A DNA stretch of 34,262 nt from a bacterium (GCA_021781865.1 JAJXVZ010000001.1:1-34262); one strand, 5' to 3'; counted from the first letter of the stretch, positions 1 through 9,834 are shown. The notes: a model not told the origin generated them from the sequence alone. Made by a program: numbers and translations.

Positions 1-2
1 CG

Positions 3-830
3 GTACTCAAAACGTGGCTCATAGAAGAAAAGGAGGGGAAATTTGATAATCGGCCCATCGTCATTGGTCCGACATCGGGGAATTGGGGTATGATTTCTGG
101 TCTCGTCGCTCCACTTTTTAATGTGGCTGGATTCCAGGCGGTTGTCGGGAGCGATGTTCCCGATGGCAAACTGGTTCACCTCAAGTCATCGGGGGCAGAG
201 GTTCTTGTGGCACCCGAAGGCGTATCAGCAATTACGTATGCGCTTGAGCTCAGCAAAAAATCTGGATACCATTTAATAAATCAATATACGCATCGTGGGA
301 CATATGAAGGTGGTAGGTGGACGATGAATCACATCGTAAATGAATTTCACAGAATTGGGAATATACCATCGGTTTTTGCTGCGGTGACCGGCACTTGCGG
401 TACGCTTGTCGCTGCTGATCTTTATTTAAAAAAGGAGCATCAACCAAATCTTAAGATTTTTGGCGTCGCGTCCATGTCCAAAGCGGAAGATATTCCAGGG
501 AGTCGGTACCCAGAGAAACTCGAAGCTTTGAAAGAAATTGGTGGATTTTCTTATGAAAATATTATCGAACTTCCACTGATCGCTGGCGTAACGAAAGACC
601 GAGTATTCGCGCTGAACGCAAAACTTTTTCAGCAATATTTTCTTTCGGTCGGACCGACAGCAGCGCTTCTTATAGCAGGTTTCTATGATCGATTGCGAGA
701 ACATTATGAGCACGGAACAATAGATTCTCTAAAAAATAAAGATGGCAAAATTATCGCCGTCTTGTACTTTATGGACATGCATCTCCCATATCTAGAAGAT
801 CCTGAATACCTCAGCTTCTTCCAAAACTAA
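3..830 (+). CDS. PLP-dependent cysteine synthase family protein (5' truncated by window edge)
   Basis: The frame stays open upstream of the ATG at 90 and reads VIGPTSGNWG (cf. EPTSGNTG). It also has LINQY, the phosphate-binding loop VTGTCGT and VGPTAA. Confidence 0.75.
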   Translation, partial: VLKTWLIEEKEGKFDNRPIVIGPTSGNWGMISGLVAPLFNVAGFQAVVGSDVPDGKLVHLKSSGAEVLVAPEGVSAITYALELSKKSGYHLINQYTHRGTYEGGRWTMNHIVNEFHRIGNIPSVFAAVTGTCGTLVAADLYLKKEHQPNLKIFGVASMSKAEDIPGSRYPEKLEALKEIGGFSYENIIELPLIAGVTKDRVFALNAKLFQQYFLSVGPTAALLIAGFYDRLREHYEHGTIDSLKNKDGKIIAVLYFMDMHLPYLEDPEYLSFFQN

Positions 831-879
831 TTTTCCTTTCTGAACTTAAAGAGACTAACTGTTTATTAGGTTGTTTGAA

Positions 880-1368
880 CTAATCTCTAATAACACGATT
901 GCCAAGAAAGCTAAAAAATTCATCACGACGATCTTCCATACCTATTTCCAGTATGTGTGAAAGAGGTCGATATTCTGGCGTATATTCGTAATGACCTCGA
1001 ACTTCCCCATCCTTGAAGACACGAATGTGGTATTGAAAATAAAAGTTTTTTAAGTAACGGAGACTAACCAACTCATCGTGATCTTTCCATGCAACGAAAT
1101 GGTTCTTGAAACCCTTTTGAACCAAAAATGATATGAATTCTTTCATCGATTGATTTGGGGCGACTCTCCCCAAAATAAAATCTTGACGTCCTTTGTGTCT
1201 GACAATGCGCAATCTGAGAGTGATATCTCTGATAAAAGGATGATAGGGAGTATAAAGTCTCCAAAAAACGTACTTAAGACGATCATGGAATGCGTAGGGA
1301 AATAGAATCTTTGAGCGGGGGATACTTTTGACAAATACCTCCAGAGAGTTTGGTGACTCGGATTTCAT
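880..1368 (-). CDS. Hypothetical protein
   Basis: ORF 880..1419. ATG at 1368 preferred because TATACT lies 16 nt upstream. Protein-like QYHIRVF...GHYEYTPE segment. Confidence 0.65.
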   Translation of the reverse strand: MKSESPNSLEVFVKSIPRSKILFPYAFHDRLKYVFWRLYTPYHPFIRDITLRLRIVRHKGRQDFILGRVAPNQSMKEFISFLVQKGFKNHFVAWKDHDELVSLRYLKNFYFQYHIRVFKDGEVRGHYEYTPEYRPLSHILEIGMEDRRDEFFSFLGNRVIRD

Positions 1369-1508
1369 AATCAGACGATTTTTTAGTATACTAGCATCTC
1401 GCTGATTCATTATCCACACTTACGTAATCATTATCTCATCTTTCGCGATGATGCTAGATTTTGATGCTATCGTATAGCAGAGTTTTGTGCTAAAATAATC
1501 AAACAGTT

Positions 1509-2150
1509 ATGATTATTACGCATCACGGTGGACAGTGTTTTAAAGTGACGTTCGGCGATCTCACACTCGTTTTTGATCCTATCGCCAAGGGCGCGACGCT
1601 TCCCGCGGTGCGCTTTGGTGCGGATATCGCGCTCGTGTCGCGTGATCATCCAGATATGAATGGTATTGAAGAAGTAACCTATGGTGACAAGACCCCTTTC
1701 TCTATCACAGGTCCTGGTGAATATGAGCGACAAGGCGTTGTTGTTCAGGGATTTCTCTCGCACAGCAAATATGGTCTGTCAAAAGGCCAGACAGAATCTG
1801 TAAACACTATTTACATGGTCAATCTCGAAGATATGACACTCGTGCATCTTGGCGCACTTACCGATACTGAACTTCCACTTGAGGCGCGCGAAGGTATTGA
1901 TAAAATAGACGTTCTTTTTGTACCGGTTGGTGCGAGTGGCGTACTTTCTGCGACTGACGCACACAAGCTCGCGGTGTCACTTGAGCCGAAGATCATTGTC
2001 CCGATGCATTGGAATGGCATGGGAGAGCCCAAGGCACTTGAGGCTTTTCTGAAGGAGGTGGGGAATGACGGTAAGAAAGTTGATAAACTCACTCTTAAGA
2101 AAAAGGATCTCACTAATCATGATGGGAGTATACTAATACTAACATCCTAA
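1509..2150 (+). CDS. MBL-fold metallo-hydrolase-like protein (degenerate metal motif)
   Basis: MIITHHGGQCFKV, DP, ADIALVSRDHPDMNG, GPGEYE, HLG, EPKIIVPMH. Confidence 0.85.
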   Translation: MIITHHGGQCFKVTFGDLTLVFDPIAKGATLPAVRFGADIALVSRDHPDMNGIEEVTYGDKTPFSITGPGEYERQGVVVQGFLSHSKYGLSKGQTESVNTIYMVNLEDMTLVHLGALTDTELPLEAREGIDKIDVLFVPVGASGVLSATDAHKLAVSLEPKIIVPMHWNGMGEPKALEAFLKEVGNDGKKVDKLTLKKKDLTNHDGSILILTS

Positions 2151-2155
2151 CTTAC

Positions 2156-2506
2156 ATGAAAACTGTCTTCGACCATATTGAGCGGGTAAAAGGGAAGCCA
2201 TACCATATTCGTAAAAAAATTGCTTTTACGGCGGCGGCCTCGTGTGCAACGCTCGTCGGTCTGGTATGGTTCATTGGTAACATTTCTTTCGGCGCGTTTA
2301 CCATTCAGGGAAGTTCGTTTGCCGAAAGCGTCGGGCAAGCAGGTGTAATTACAACCAGCGGCAGTGGCGAGCCTTCGAATCTCGCGGGTGCCGCCGCCGC
2401 TCTACCTTCCAAGAACACAAACGCACCGGCGCATATTGAAATTATTGATACCGCGTCTTCGACCGTGGGACAAGCAGGGGCAGAGCAGACAACGATTCCA
2501 TTTTGA
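2156..2506 (+). CDS. Hypothetical single-pass membrane protein
   Basis: Basic N-terminus followed by one hydrophobic helix; packed tightly between the MBL gene and gyrA. Confidence 0.7.
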   Translation: MKTVFDHIERVKGKPYHIRKKIAFTAAASCATLVGLVWFIGNISFGAFTIQGSSFAESVGQAGVITTSGSGEPSNLAGAAAALPSKNTNAPAHIEIIDTASSTVGQAGAEQTTIPF

Positions 2507-2539
2507 TAATTGCGAATACAAATATTTAAGAAATAGACA

Positions 2540-5008
2540 ATGGCTTCGAAAGATAAAAACTCCAATACACCTCCTATGGCAGCGAATGTTATCGATCAAC
2601 CGATCGTTTCGGAGATGCGCACATCGTATCTCGATTATGCGATGTCAGTCATTACGGCACGCGCATTGCCAGATGTACGTGACGGTTTGAAACCAGTACA
2701 TCGTCGTATTCTTTATGCAATGAAGGATATGGGGCTCATACCTGGGGCAAAATTTCGCAAAAGTGCAACTGTAGTCGGTGAAGTGCTCGGTAAGTACCAC
2801 CCACATGGAGATACAGCAGTTTATGATTCAATGGCCAAGATGGCGCAGGAATTTTCCTACCGTTATCCGCTTGTGCTCGGTCAAGGAAACTTTGGTTCCA
2901 TTGACGGTGATTCTCCAGCGGCCATGCGATATACCGAAGCAAAGATGTCGCGCATTGCGGAATCGTTACTTGCCGATCTCGAAAAAGAAACCGTCACCTG
3001 GAACCCAAACTATGACGCGACGCGTGAGGAACCGAATGTGCTTCCCGCGACATTACCAAATCTTCTTTTAAATGGCACGCTTGGTATTGCCGTTGGTATG
3101 GCAACGAATATTCCACCCCACAATCTTCGTGAAGTCGTTGCTGCGGCCATTCATCTCATTGAAAATCCAGAAGCAACGACAGGCGATCTTCTTTGGTTCG
3201 TGAAAGGTCCCGATTTTCCGCTCGGAGGCATTGCCTTCAATCAGACGGACATTGCACACGCTTACAGTTCAGGCAAAGGACCAGTAGTTGTGCGTGGTGA
3301 GGCAGAAATCATTGACGATGGAAAGAAAGATGTGAGCATCGTTATTACTTCTATCCCATATCGTGTGAATAAGAGCGAGCTAATTGCGCGTATCGCGGAT
3401 CTGGTGCAAGAGAAAAAGCTTGAAGGTATTCGTGATTTACGCGATGAATCAACAAGTGACATTCGTGTCGTAATCGAACTAAAAGGAACAGCACATCCAC
3501 AAGCCGTTTTGAACGCACTATATAAAAACACAGAACTTGAGAGCACTTTTCATTACAACATGCTCGCCCTAGTTGAGGGCGTTCCAGAGATACTTTCTTT
3601 GGACGGCATGCTTAGGTATTTCGTCAAACATCGTCAGGAAGTAGTGAAACGTCGTACCGAGTTTGATTTGCGTAAAGCGGAAGAGCGTGAACATATTCTC
3701 CTCGGTCTCTCAAAGGCACTCGATCATATCGATGAGGTTATAGCCCTTATAAAAAAGGCACCGGATGTTCCGAGTGCCGATACCGCACTCCGCAAAAAAT
3801 TCGGGTTTTCCGAAAGGCAAACAGCAGCAATCCTTGCAATGCGACTCCAGACGTTGGCAGGCCTCGAACGTAAGAAGATCGAGAACGAGCTCATGGAAGT
3901 ACAGACACTCATCAAGAAGCTCAAAGATATCCTTTCTACACCAAAGAAAATCCTCGCTGTCGTAAGAAAGGAACTTGAAGAGCTTTCTGAAAAATATGGA
4001 GATGATCGACGGACAAAAATAACGCGTGGCGGGGTGCAAAACATTTCAGTTGAAGATCTCGTTCCGGATGAGGAATCAATGTTGCTTCTTACCCAAGGAG
4101 GTTATGTAAAGCGAACGAATCCAGACGAGTACCGGGTGCAGAAACGTGGTGGTGTCGGTGTTGTTGACATAGCAACAAAGGAAGAAGACGCAGTGACACA
4201 TTTCCTAGTCGCAAGTACTCACAGTGATCTTCTTTTCTTTACCGATTTCGGCAAGGTATATCAACTCAAGATGTATGAACTCCCAGAAGGGAGACGTGCG
4301 ACTAAAGGTAAGAGCATTATGAATTTTCTTTCGCTCGCAGCCGAGGAGAAGATAACCTCCATCTTGCCAGTACCAAAAGGGGCCGCGCTTGAAGTTTCCT
4401 CAGTCGTGTTTGTGACTGAGGCGGGTATAGTAAAACGAGTGGCGGCGCGTGCTTTCGCAGATGTGCGTCGTTCGGGAATCATCGCAATCAATTTGAAGAA
4501 AGGCGATAGACTTGTTTCAGCACGCCACGTTTCGGAGAATGACACGGTGTCTATTGTAACTGCGAAGGGGCAGTCGATTCGTTTCGAGGTCGAGAATATC
4601 CGTGAGATGGGACGTGCCGCAGGCGGTGTACGCGGAATGAATGTACGAAAAGGAGATCGTGTGGTCTCGGCGGAAGTCATTCCTGCTGTTGAAGCAAAAG
4701 ATTCTTCTTTACTTGTTATTATGAGCAAGGGTTACGGGAAACGTACTAAGATTTCTGAATATAAAATACAAGGCCGTGGCGGTTCTGGCATCAAAACTGC
4801 AAAAATGACACCAAAGACCGGTGAGATTATCGGTACAAAGGTTATCGCGGGTAATCTCGACGGTGAGGAGATCGTGGTCGTTTCAAAGAAAGGACAAGTG
4901 ATTCGCACATTGGTTTCTGAAATTTCAATACTTTCTCGCGCTACTCAAGGTGTCCGTATTATGAAAATGCGCGATGGTGATGCTATTGCAAGTATGGTGT
5001 CATTGTAA
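2540..5008 (+). CDS. gyrA: DNA gyrase subunit A
   Basis: [32 protein letters not shown], catalytic AAMRY, GyrA box QKRGGVG, C-terminal pinwheel repeats. Confidence 0.98.
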   Translation: MASKDKNSNTPPMAANVIDQPIVSEMRTSYLDYAMSVITARALPDVRDGLKPVHRRILYAMKDMGLIPGAKFRKSATVVGEVLGKYHPHGDTAVYDSMAKMAQEFSYRYPLVLGQGNFGSIDGDSPAAMRYTEAKMSRIAESLLADLEKETVTWNPNYDATREEPNVLPATLPNLLLNGTLGIAVGMATNIPPHNLREVVAAAIHLIENPEATTGDLLWFVKGPDFPLGGIAFNQTDIAHAYSSGKGPVVVRGEAEIIDDGKKDVSIVITSIPYRVNKSELIARIADLVQEKKLEGIRDLRDESTSDIRVVIELKGTAHPQAVLNALYKNTELESTFHYNMLALVEGVPEILSLDGMLRYFVKHRQEVVKRRTEFDLRKAEEREHILLGLSKALDHIDEVIALIKKAPDVPSADTALRKKFGFSERQTAAILAMRLQTLAGLERKKIENELMEVQTLIKKLKDILSTPKKILAVVRKELEELSEKYGDDRRTKITRGGVQNISVEDLVPDEESMLLLTQGGYVKRTNPDEYRVQKRGGVGVVDIATKEEDAVTHFLVASTHSDLLFFTDFGKVYQLKMYELPEGRRATKGKSIMNFLSLAAEEKITSILPVPKGAALEVSSVVFVTEAGIVKRVAARAFADVRRSGIIAINLKKGDRLVSARHVSENDTVSIVTAKGQSIRFEVENIREMGRAAGGVRGMNVRKGDRVVSAEVIPAVEAKDSSLLVIMSKGYGKRTKISEYKIQGRGGSGIKTAKMTPKTGEIIGTKVIAGNLDGEEIVVVSKKGQVIRTLVSEISILSRATQGVRIMKMRDGDAIASMVSL

Positions 5009-5094
5009 TGATTCTCACATACGTATCGTGTGGGTGAATGCGTACATCAGAAGACAAATCTCACGGCAGTTTTTTGGAGGCTCTAAATTATCTA

Positions 5095-5322
5095 ACGATC
5101 TCATTCTCGACTGGTAACACATTCGCACTAATCATGTAATCAATACGTGGACCGCAGGGGTGGCAATGTGAACAGTATACAGAATTTCTGGAGCATCGAA
5201 AACGTCGGATTGCCAAATTCAACGACGTCTCGCAAAAGATCTTCCCTCGGCATTTTAGAAGAATGTAAATTTAGTTAAAAATCCACAAAGGAGAAGTATT
5301 CGAAATACTTCTAGGTATGATT
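5095..5322 (+). pseudogene. IS1595-family transposase remnant
   Basis: Across frameshifts reads NDLILDW*HIRTNH / NVNSIQNFWSI / KRRIAKFNDVSQKIFPRH / LEECKFS, matching the C-terminal pattern HINGIESFWS.AKRRLAKFNG....F.LHLKECEFRFN. Confidence 0.8.
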
Positions 5323-5412
5323 CATGTGTCTTAGTTAATTTAGAGTTTTTTATATTGTTGATTGTGCATATACAATTACAATTATGGTTAGTATATGTGC
5401 TATTTTATAGGC

Positions 5413-5949
5413 ATGAGCGCGTTGTTTAGTAATCCGCAAAAGAATGTCTTACAACTAGGATTGCGCGAGGGTATGAAAATTGGTGATTTTGGCGCAGGTT
5501 CTGGTCATTATTCTCGCGCGGCGGCAGCCGTTGTTGGGGTAAGCGGTAAGGTCTACGCGATTGATATACAAGAGGATATCTTAAAACATTTAAAACTAAA
5601 TACTAATGAACGTCATCAAGGAGTCATTGAGACATTATGGGGCGATATAGAGAAACCGGGAGGTACACACCTGCGTGATATGTTGCTCGATGCCGTCATT
5701 CTTGCCAACACGTTCTTTCAAGTCGAGAATCGTTTTGGATGTTTGGGAGAAATAAAACGTGTTTTAAAATCAAGCAGCAAACTCGTGGTTATTGACTGGG
5801 CGGGTAGTTATAGCGGCATGGGTCCAGCGCCTAAAAAGGTCGTTTCCGAACACGAAGCTGAGGATTTTTTTATTAGTGGCGGTTTCCATAAACTGAAATC
5901 GTTTCGTGCAGGTTCGCATCATTACGGGATTGTATTCACTGCTCCATGA
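5413..5949 (+). CDS. Class I SAM-dependent methyltransferase
   Basis: Motif I IGDFGAGSGH, VYAIDI, VIDW. ATG 5413 follows TGcTATTTT. Confidence 0.9.
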   Translation: MSALFSNPQKNVLQLGLREGMKIGDFGAGSGHYSRAAAAVVGVSGKVYAIDIQEDILKHLKLNTNERHQGVIETLWGDIEKPGGTHLRDMLLDAVILANTFFQVENRFGCLGEIKRVLKSSSKLVVIDWAGSYSGMGPAPKKVVSEHEAEDFFISGGFHKLKSFRAGSHHYGIVFTAP

Positions 5950-7256
5950 AAATTTCCCTCTTCCAAGGCATTCTATTTGCTGTTTTCGGTTTTGGTGCGA
6001 TAATTGGGCTCTTTGTCTTTACAACGCATACAGGGAATACGAATAATAGCAATACTATCGGCACCGTTGTTATTTGGGGAACGTTGCCCAAGGCGAATAT
6101 GCAAAACTTCCTCACCGAGATAGGTCAAACTGACCAAGCAATTAAGAATGTCTCATATGTTCAGGAAAATATATCCACCCTGCCGAATGATCTTTCCGCT
6201 GCTATTGCGACTAACAATGCTCCGGACCTCATTCTAGCTTCGCAGGAAGAACTCACATCAATTTCAAAATATCTTATGCCAATTCCGGTAGCAACACTTC
6301 CCACGAGCACATTCGTAAATACCTTTATTGGAGAAGGGAATCTTTTCGCCATCCCCGGGGGTAGTGGTTACTACGGAATACCATTTCTAGTTGATCCACT
6401 CGTACTGTATTCAAATCACACAATTCTTTCCTCTAATGGCATAGCGAAGCCTCCTACGACTTGGGAAGCGTTGATGGGGCTTGTACCAAATGTCGTATCT
6501 CTTACCCCCGCACAGCAGGTTACACGGGGTCTTATCGCGCTCGGCACGTACGACAATATCCACGATGCTCGTGGAATACTTTCTACCTTTTTCTTACAAG
6601 CAGGTGTTCCAATATCTTCATATACATCAAGTGGCAGTTTAGCAGCTGATCTAGGCACGCAGGGGACTTCAAGCGGAATACCACCAGGTGAATCGGTCAT
6701 TGGATTTTATACGCAATTCGCCGACCCATCGAAGGTTTCATATACTTGGAACGCCTCGTTGCCCGATTCGCAGCAAGCGTTTCTCGCAGGCGATCTTGCA
6801 CTTTATCTTGGGTACGCTTCTGAAGCACGTTTCTTCACGCAAGCGAATCCAAACCTCGATTTCGATGTTACTCCGATACCACAACCAGCGACCGCTACTA
6901 CAAAAAATGTTTATGGTCTTGTTTATGCATTCATGATTCCACGTGGAGCTGCGAATTCTTCAGGTGCGTATCAAGTCGCTGGGCTTTTCTCAAACTCGTC
7001 TGAACAGATTGCTGCCGCAGCGACGGGTCTCGCACCCGCGACCCTCAATCAACTTGAAGAACCCCCTACTGATCCAGTCAGTGCCGTTTCATATGCTGAA
7101 GCACTTTACGCAAATGGCTGGTTGTCCCCAGCGCCTGCTAGTACAGACACGGTGTTTTCAGGTATGATTGGGAATGTGATAAGCGGTCGTTCCTCGATTA
7201 GTATCGCTCTTTCTTCCGCAGAACAGGCATTAAACTCTTATTTGCAACAGCAATGA
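5946..7256 (+). CDS. Membrane-anchored extracellular solute-binding protein (sugar-binding family 1-like)
   Basis: N-terminal TM, VIWGT, APDL, YYGIPFLVDPLVLYSN, PPTTW, AFLAGDLALYLG, NPNLDFDVTPIPQ. ATGA overlap with the upstream gene. Confidence 0.85.
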   Translation: MKISLFQGILFAVFGFGAIIGLFVFTTHTGNTNNSNTIGTVVIWGTLPKANMQNFLTEIGQTDQAIKNVSYVQENISTLPNDLSAAIATNNAPDLILASQEELTSISKYLMPIPVATLPTSTFVNTFIGEGNLFAIPGGSGYYGIPFLVDPLVLYSNHTILSSNGIAKPPTTWEALMGLVPNVVSLTPAQQVTRGLIALGTYDNIHDARGILSTFFLQAGVPISSYTSSGSLAADLGTQGTSSGIPPGESVIGFYTQFADPSKVSYTWNASLPDSQQAFLAGDLALYLGYASEARFFTQANPNLDFDVTPIPQPATATTKNVYGLVYAFMIPRGAANSSGAYQVAGLFSNSSEQIAAAATGLAPATLNQLEEPPTDPVSAVSYAEALYANGWLSPAPASTDTVFSGMIGNVISGRSSISIALSSAEQALNSYLQQQ

Positions 7257-7861
7257 TCACACACGTTTTCACTACTATTCGTCGGAATGTGATTAAACTT
7301 TATCTCACTCCATTCCTTGTGTTTTTTCTTTTTTTGATAGGGGTTATACCTGTGTCTGTTCACGCTACAGGTAGTTATTGTGATGCCTCAATACCTTGTC
7401 CAGCTGGTGAGACTTGCTATATGCCGCAAGGAGGTCCTTTTGTGTGTGTCGAGGCAACAAACCCATCACCGACTAGTAATCTAAATCCGTCACCGACTAG
7501 TAATCCAAACCCATCACCGACTAGTAATCCAAGCTCTAGTAATAATCTTACTCCTGGCCCAAGCATCACCCTTATCAATCCGCTGAGTGGGGTCGATTGT
7601 AGTGCGGGCAATGGTAGTTGCTTAAATGCTTTTCTTCTTAACATCCTGCAATTCGTCATACTTATAGGTTCTATCGTTATTGTTTTAATGCTGGTGTTTG
7701 TTGGTTATAAATTCGTCGCGGCACAAGGTTCTCCAGAAAAAATAAAAGAAGCACGAAATATGCTCCTCTGGACCGTTATTGGCGCTCTAGTGCTCCTTGG
7801 GGCACAGGCGATAGCCATGGGTATTCAAGCGACGGTGACTGCACTCACAAGCGGTAGTTAA
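7253..7861 (+). CDS. TrbC/VirB2-like pilin with Cys-rich N-domain and Pro/Ser/Thr/Asn linker
   Basis: Signal peptide, LINPL, TM-GYKFVAAQGSPEKIKEARNMLLWTVIGA-TM. Confidence 0.8.
   Translation: MITHVFTTIRRNVIKLYLTPFLVFFLFLIGVIPVSVHATGSYCDASIPCPAGETCYMPQGGPFVCVEATNPSPTSNLNPSPTSNPNPSPTSNPSSSNNLTPGPSITLINPLSGVDCSAGNGSCLNAFLLNILQFVILIGSIVIVLMLVFVGYKFVAAQGSPEKIKEARNMLLWTVIGALVLLGAQAIAMGIQATVTALTSGS
7460..7531 (+). repeat. 3 x 24-bp in-frame tandem repeat (NPSPTSN[L/P])
   Basis: aacccatcaccgactagtaatcta / aatccgtcaccgactagtaatcca / aacccatcaccgactagtaatcca. Confidence 0.95.
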
Positions 7862-7863
7862 AT

Positions 7864-8151
7864 ATGAATTTAGGTGGTGGCACAAGCTTCAAAAATTTCG
7901 TCGGGAGTGGCACGACGGGTGTTATTGGCATTATTAATACTTTTATCGTGCCAGTTATCTTCACACTTGTATTTGCCGTTTTTGTCTGGAGTATAGTGAA
8001 TTATTTTTTTATCCATGGCGGTGAGGAGGCAAAACGAGAAGAGGGTAGACAATTTATTCTTTGGGGAATAATTGGAATGGTAATACTTTTCGCCGTATGG
8101 GGAATATTGAATATACTGTTATCCACGCTCGGCATTACGCCATCTGCGTGA
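7864..8151 (+). CDS. TrbC/VirB2-like pilin
   Basis: IVPVIF-TM-GGEEAKREEGRQFILWGIIG-TM-VWGI. Confidence 0.8.
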   Translation: MNLGGGTSFKNFVGSGTTGVIGIINTFIVPVIFTLVFAVFVWSIVNYFFIHGGEEAKREEGRQFILWGIIGMVILFAVWGILNILLSTLGITPSA

Positions 8152-8169
8152 TATGGCATACTTTGGCAT

Positions 8170-8571
8170 ATGAGATCCGTAATTCGTTCCTTCGTTCTTT
8201 TATCGGCATTTGCCCTACCGGCATTTGCATTTGCTCTTCAAATATCTGTAAGTATTGGCATTGGTAACAGTTGCGGTGCGAGTAGTATATGCCAGGTCGC
8301 AAATACTATCCTTTTTCTCATAAATGAGGTCCTAGTGCCGCTCATTTTTGCGATCTCATTCTTGGTTTTTCTCTACGGCGTTTTTAAGCAGTATATATGG
8401 AGTAGGGGAGATGAGGCGGCGGTCACAAAAGGGCACACACTCATTCTTTGGGGAATTATTGGTTTTGTGGTGATGGTGTCGCTCTGGGGGCTCGTGAATG
8501 TTGTTGCAAATACGTTCGGACTTGGCGGCTATACGGCACCACCCTTACCCGTATCGTATCCAACGTATTAA
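8170..8571 (+). CDS. TrbC/VirB2-like pilin
   Basis: Signal peptide (LPAFAFA), LVPLIFA, GDEAAVTKGHTLILWGIIGFVVMVSLWGLV. Confidence 0.8.
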   Translation: MRSVIRSFVLLSAFALPAFAFALQISVSIGIGNSCGASSICQVANTILFLINEVLVPLIFAISFLVFLYGVFKQYIWSRGDEAAVTKGHTLILWGIIGFVVMVSLWGLVNVVANTFGLGGYTAPPLPVSYPTY

Positions 8572-8578
8572 TCAATAT

Positions 8579-9043
8579 ATGAGACATTCAGCGCTTACAA
8601 AAATTCTTATCGTTGAATTTCTTCTTCTTTGCTTCGTCGAAATTTTTTCCAGCCCAATGATATTGTTTGCTGCCGTCAAGCCGCCCTGCTTAAGTGGTTA
8701 TATTGGTATAAACTGCACTCCCGTCTCTTCCGTCTCACCTAGTTCCAGCGGCATCAATACCTATTATTTACAAAATTATTCAACGAGCATCATTAATATT
8801 ATTAATGGAATCGTCGCACCAGTGATGCTTGCCGTTGCATTTGTCTTCTTTCTCTACGGTGTGTATAAATATTTTTTCTTAGGCGCAACGAATGAGTCTG
8901 AACGTGCAAACGGTCGACAATTTGTTCTCTGGAGTATTATTGGTTTTGTTGTCATATTTTCAATCTGGGGACTCGTAGGGCTCGTAGGTAGCACATTCGG
9001 TCTTTCGTCGGGCGGTTACGCGCCTCCATATCCGACGTTGTAG
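8579..9043 (+). CDS. TrbC/VirB2-like pilin
   Basis: ATG 8579 avoids overlap with the previous gene. IINGIVAPV, ERANGRQFVLWSIIGFVVIFSIWGLV. Confidence 0.8.
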   Translation: MRHSALTKILIVEFLLLCFVEIFSSPMILFAAVKPPCLSGYIGINCTPVSSVSPSSSGINTYYLQNYSTSIINIINGIVAPVMLAVAFVFFLYGVYKYFFLGATNESERANGRQFVLWSIIGFVVIFSIWGLVGLVGSTFGLSSGGYAPPYPTL

Positions 9044-9072
9044 AGACTATCCCCATAGGGTGCGGAACTCAG

Positions 9073-9100
9073 TTGACTCAATTCATAAGGACATTATAAT
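9073..9100 (+). promoter_or_regulatory. Near-consensus sigma70 promoter for the pilin at 9127
   Basis: TTGACT-16 nt-TATAAT. Confidence 0.7.
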
Positions 9101-9126
9101 TACCTTGTTACTCACTTATCGACATT

Positions 9127-9504
9127 ATGAAAAAATTTCTCGCCCTTTCTTCAGGAATCCTTGCGGTATTTGCATTACCTCTCATCTCACTTGCTGCGAT
9201 CAATAACGTTTCGGACGCTGGTAATTTTATCATCAATACAATTAATGGCGTTATTGTTCCAGTCATATTTGCCTTGGCGTTTATTGTTTTTCTTTGGGGC
9301 GCATTTTCCACATTTATTATTGGCGCGAACAGCGATGATGTAAAAAAGAAAGGAAAGAATCTCATGCTCTACAGCCTTATCGGTTTTGTGGTAATGGTTT
9401 CCATTTGGGGTCTTGTAAACGCTCTTACCGGTACGATTGGTTTTGGTAACAGTTCTGGCATTACGGGTGGTACACCTAAGGCAGGGGTTCAAATCGGCGG
9501 ATAA
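9127..9504 (+). CDS. TrbC/VirB2-like pilin (candidate major subunit)
   Basis: MKK signal peptide ending LPLISLA; INGVIVPVIFALA; KKKGKNLMLYSLIGFVVMVSIWGLV. Confidence 0.8.
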   Translation: MKKFLALSSGILAVFALPLISLAAINNVSDAGNFIINTINGVIVPVIFALAFIVFLWGAFSTFIIGANSDDVKKKGKNLMLYSLIGFVVMVSIWGLVNALTGTIGFGNSSGITGGTPKAGVQIGG

Positions 9505-9810
9505 ATGTCCGTTCTTTACGCGTTCGTCGGAAGAGTTGCTGCACAGATAATCAATCCGATTATCTTACTTCTGGCTGCCGCTGCATTTGTTTTATTTATT
9601 TGGGGCGTGTTCGAATTTGTTCGACAGGCAGGGGATGTTTCGAAACGGAAAAAAGGCCGCGAAGCCATTCTATGGGGTCTCGTTGGACTTCTTATCATCT
9701 TTGGCGCTTATGGCATCATTGACATGGCTATCGGATCATTTAATTTAAGCCCCAATGGCCAATCAACAATCGAAAATGTCCTTCTGCCAATACATCAATC
9801 AAAACCGTAG
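9505..9810 (+). CDS. TrbC/VirB2-like pilin
   Basis: IINPII-TM-AGDVSKRKKGREAILWGLVG-TM. Confidence 0.8.
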   Translation: MSVLYAFVGRVAAQIINPIILLLAAAAFVLFIWGVFEFVRQAGDVSKRKKGREAILWGLVGLLIIFGAYGIIDMAIGSFNLSPNGQSTIENVLLPIHQSKP

Positions 9811-9834
9811 AAAATTGATAAGAGATAAAAAAGA

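Noticed and set aside
7460..7531. CRISPR array
   Set aside because: The repeats are contiguous, in frame and spacer-less, and no cas genes are present.
7253..9810. Diversity-generating retroelement or invertible shufflon acting on the pilins
   Set aside because: No reverse transcriptase or recombinase in the window, and I saw no near-identical template/variable repeat pair or repeated inversion sites.
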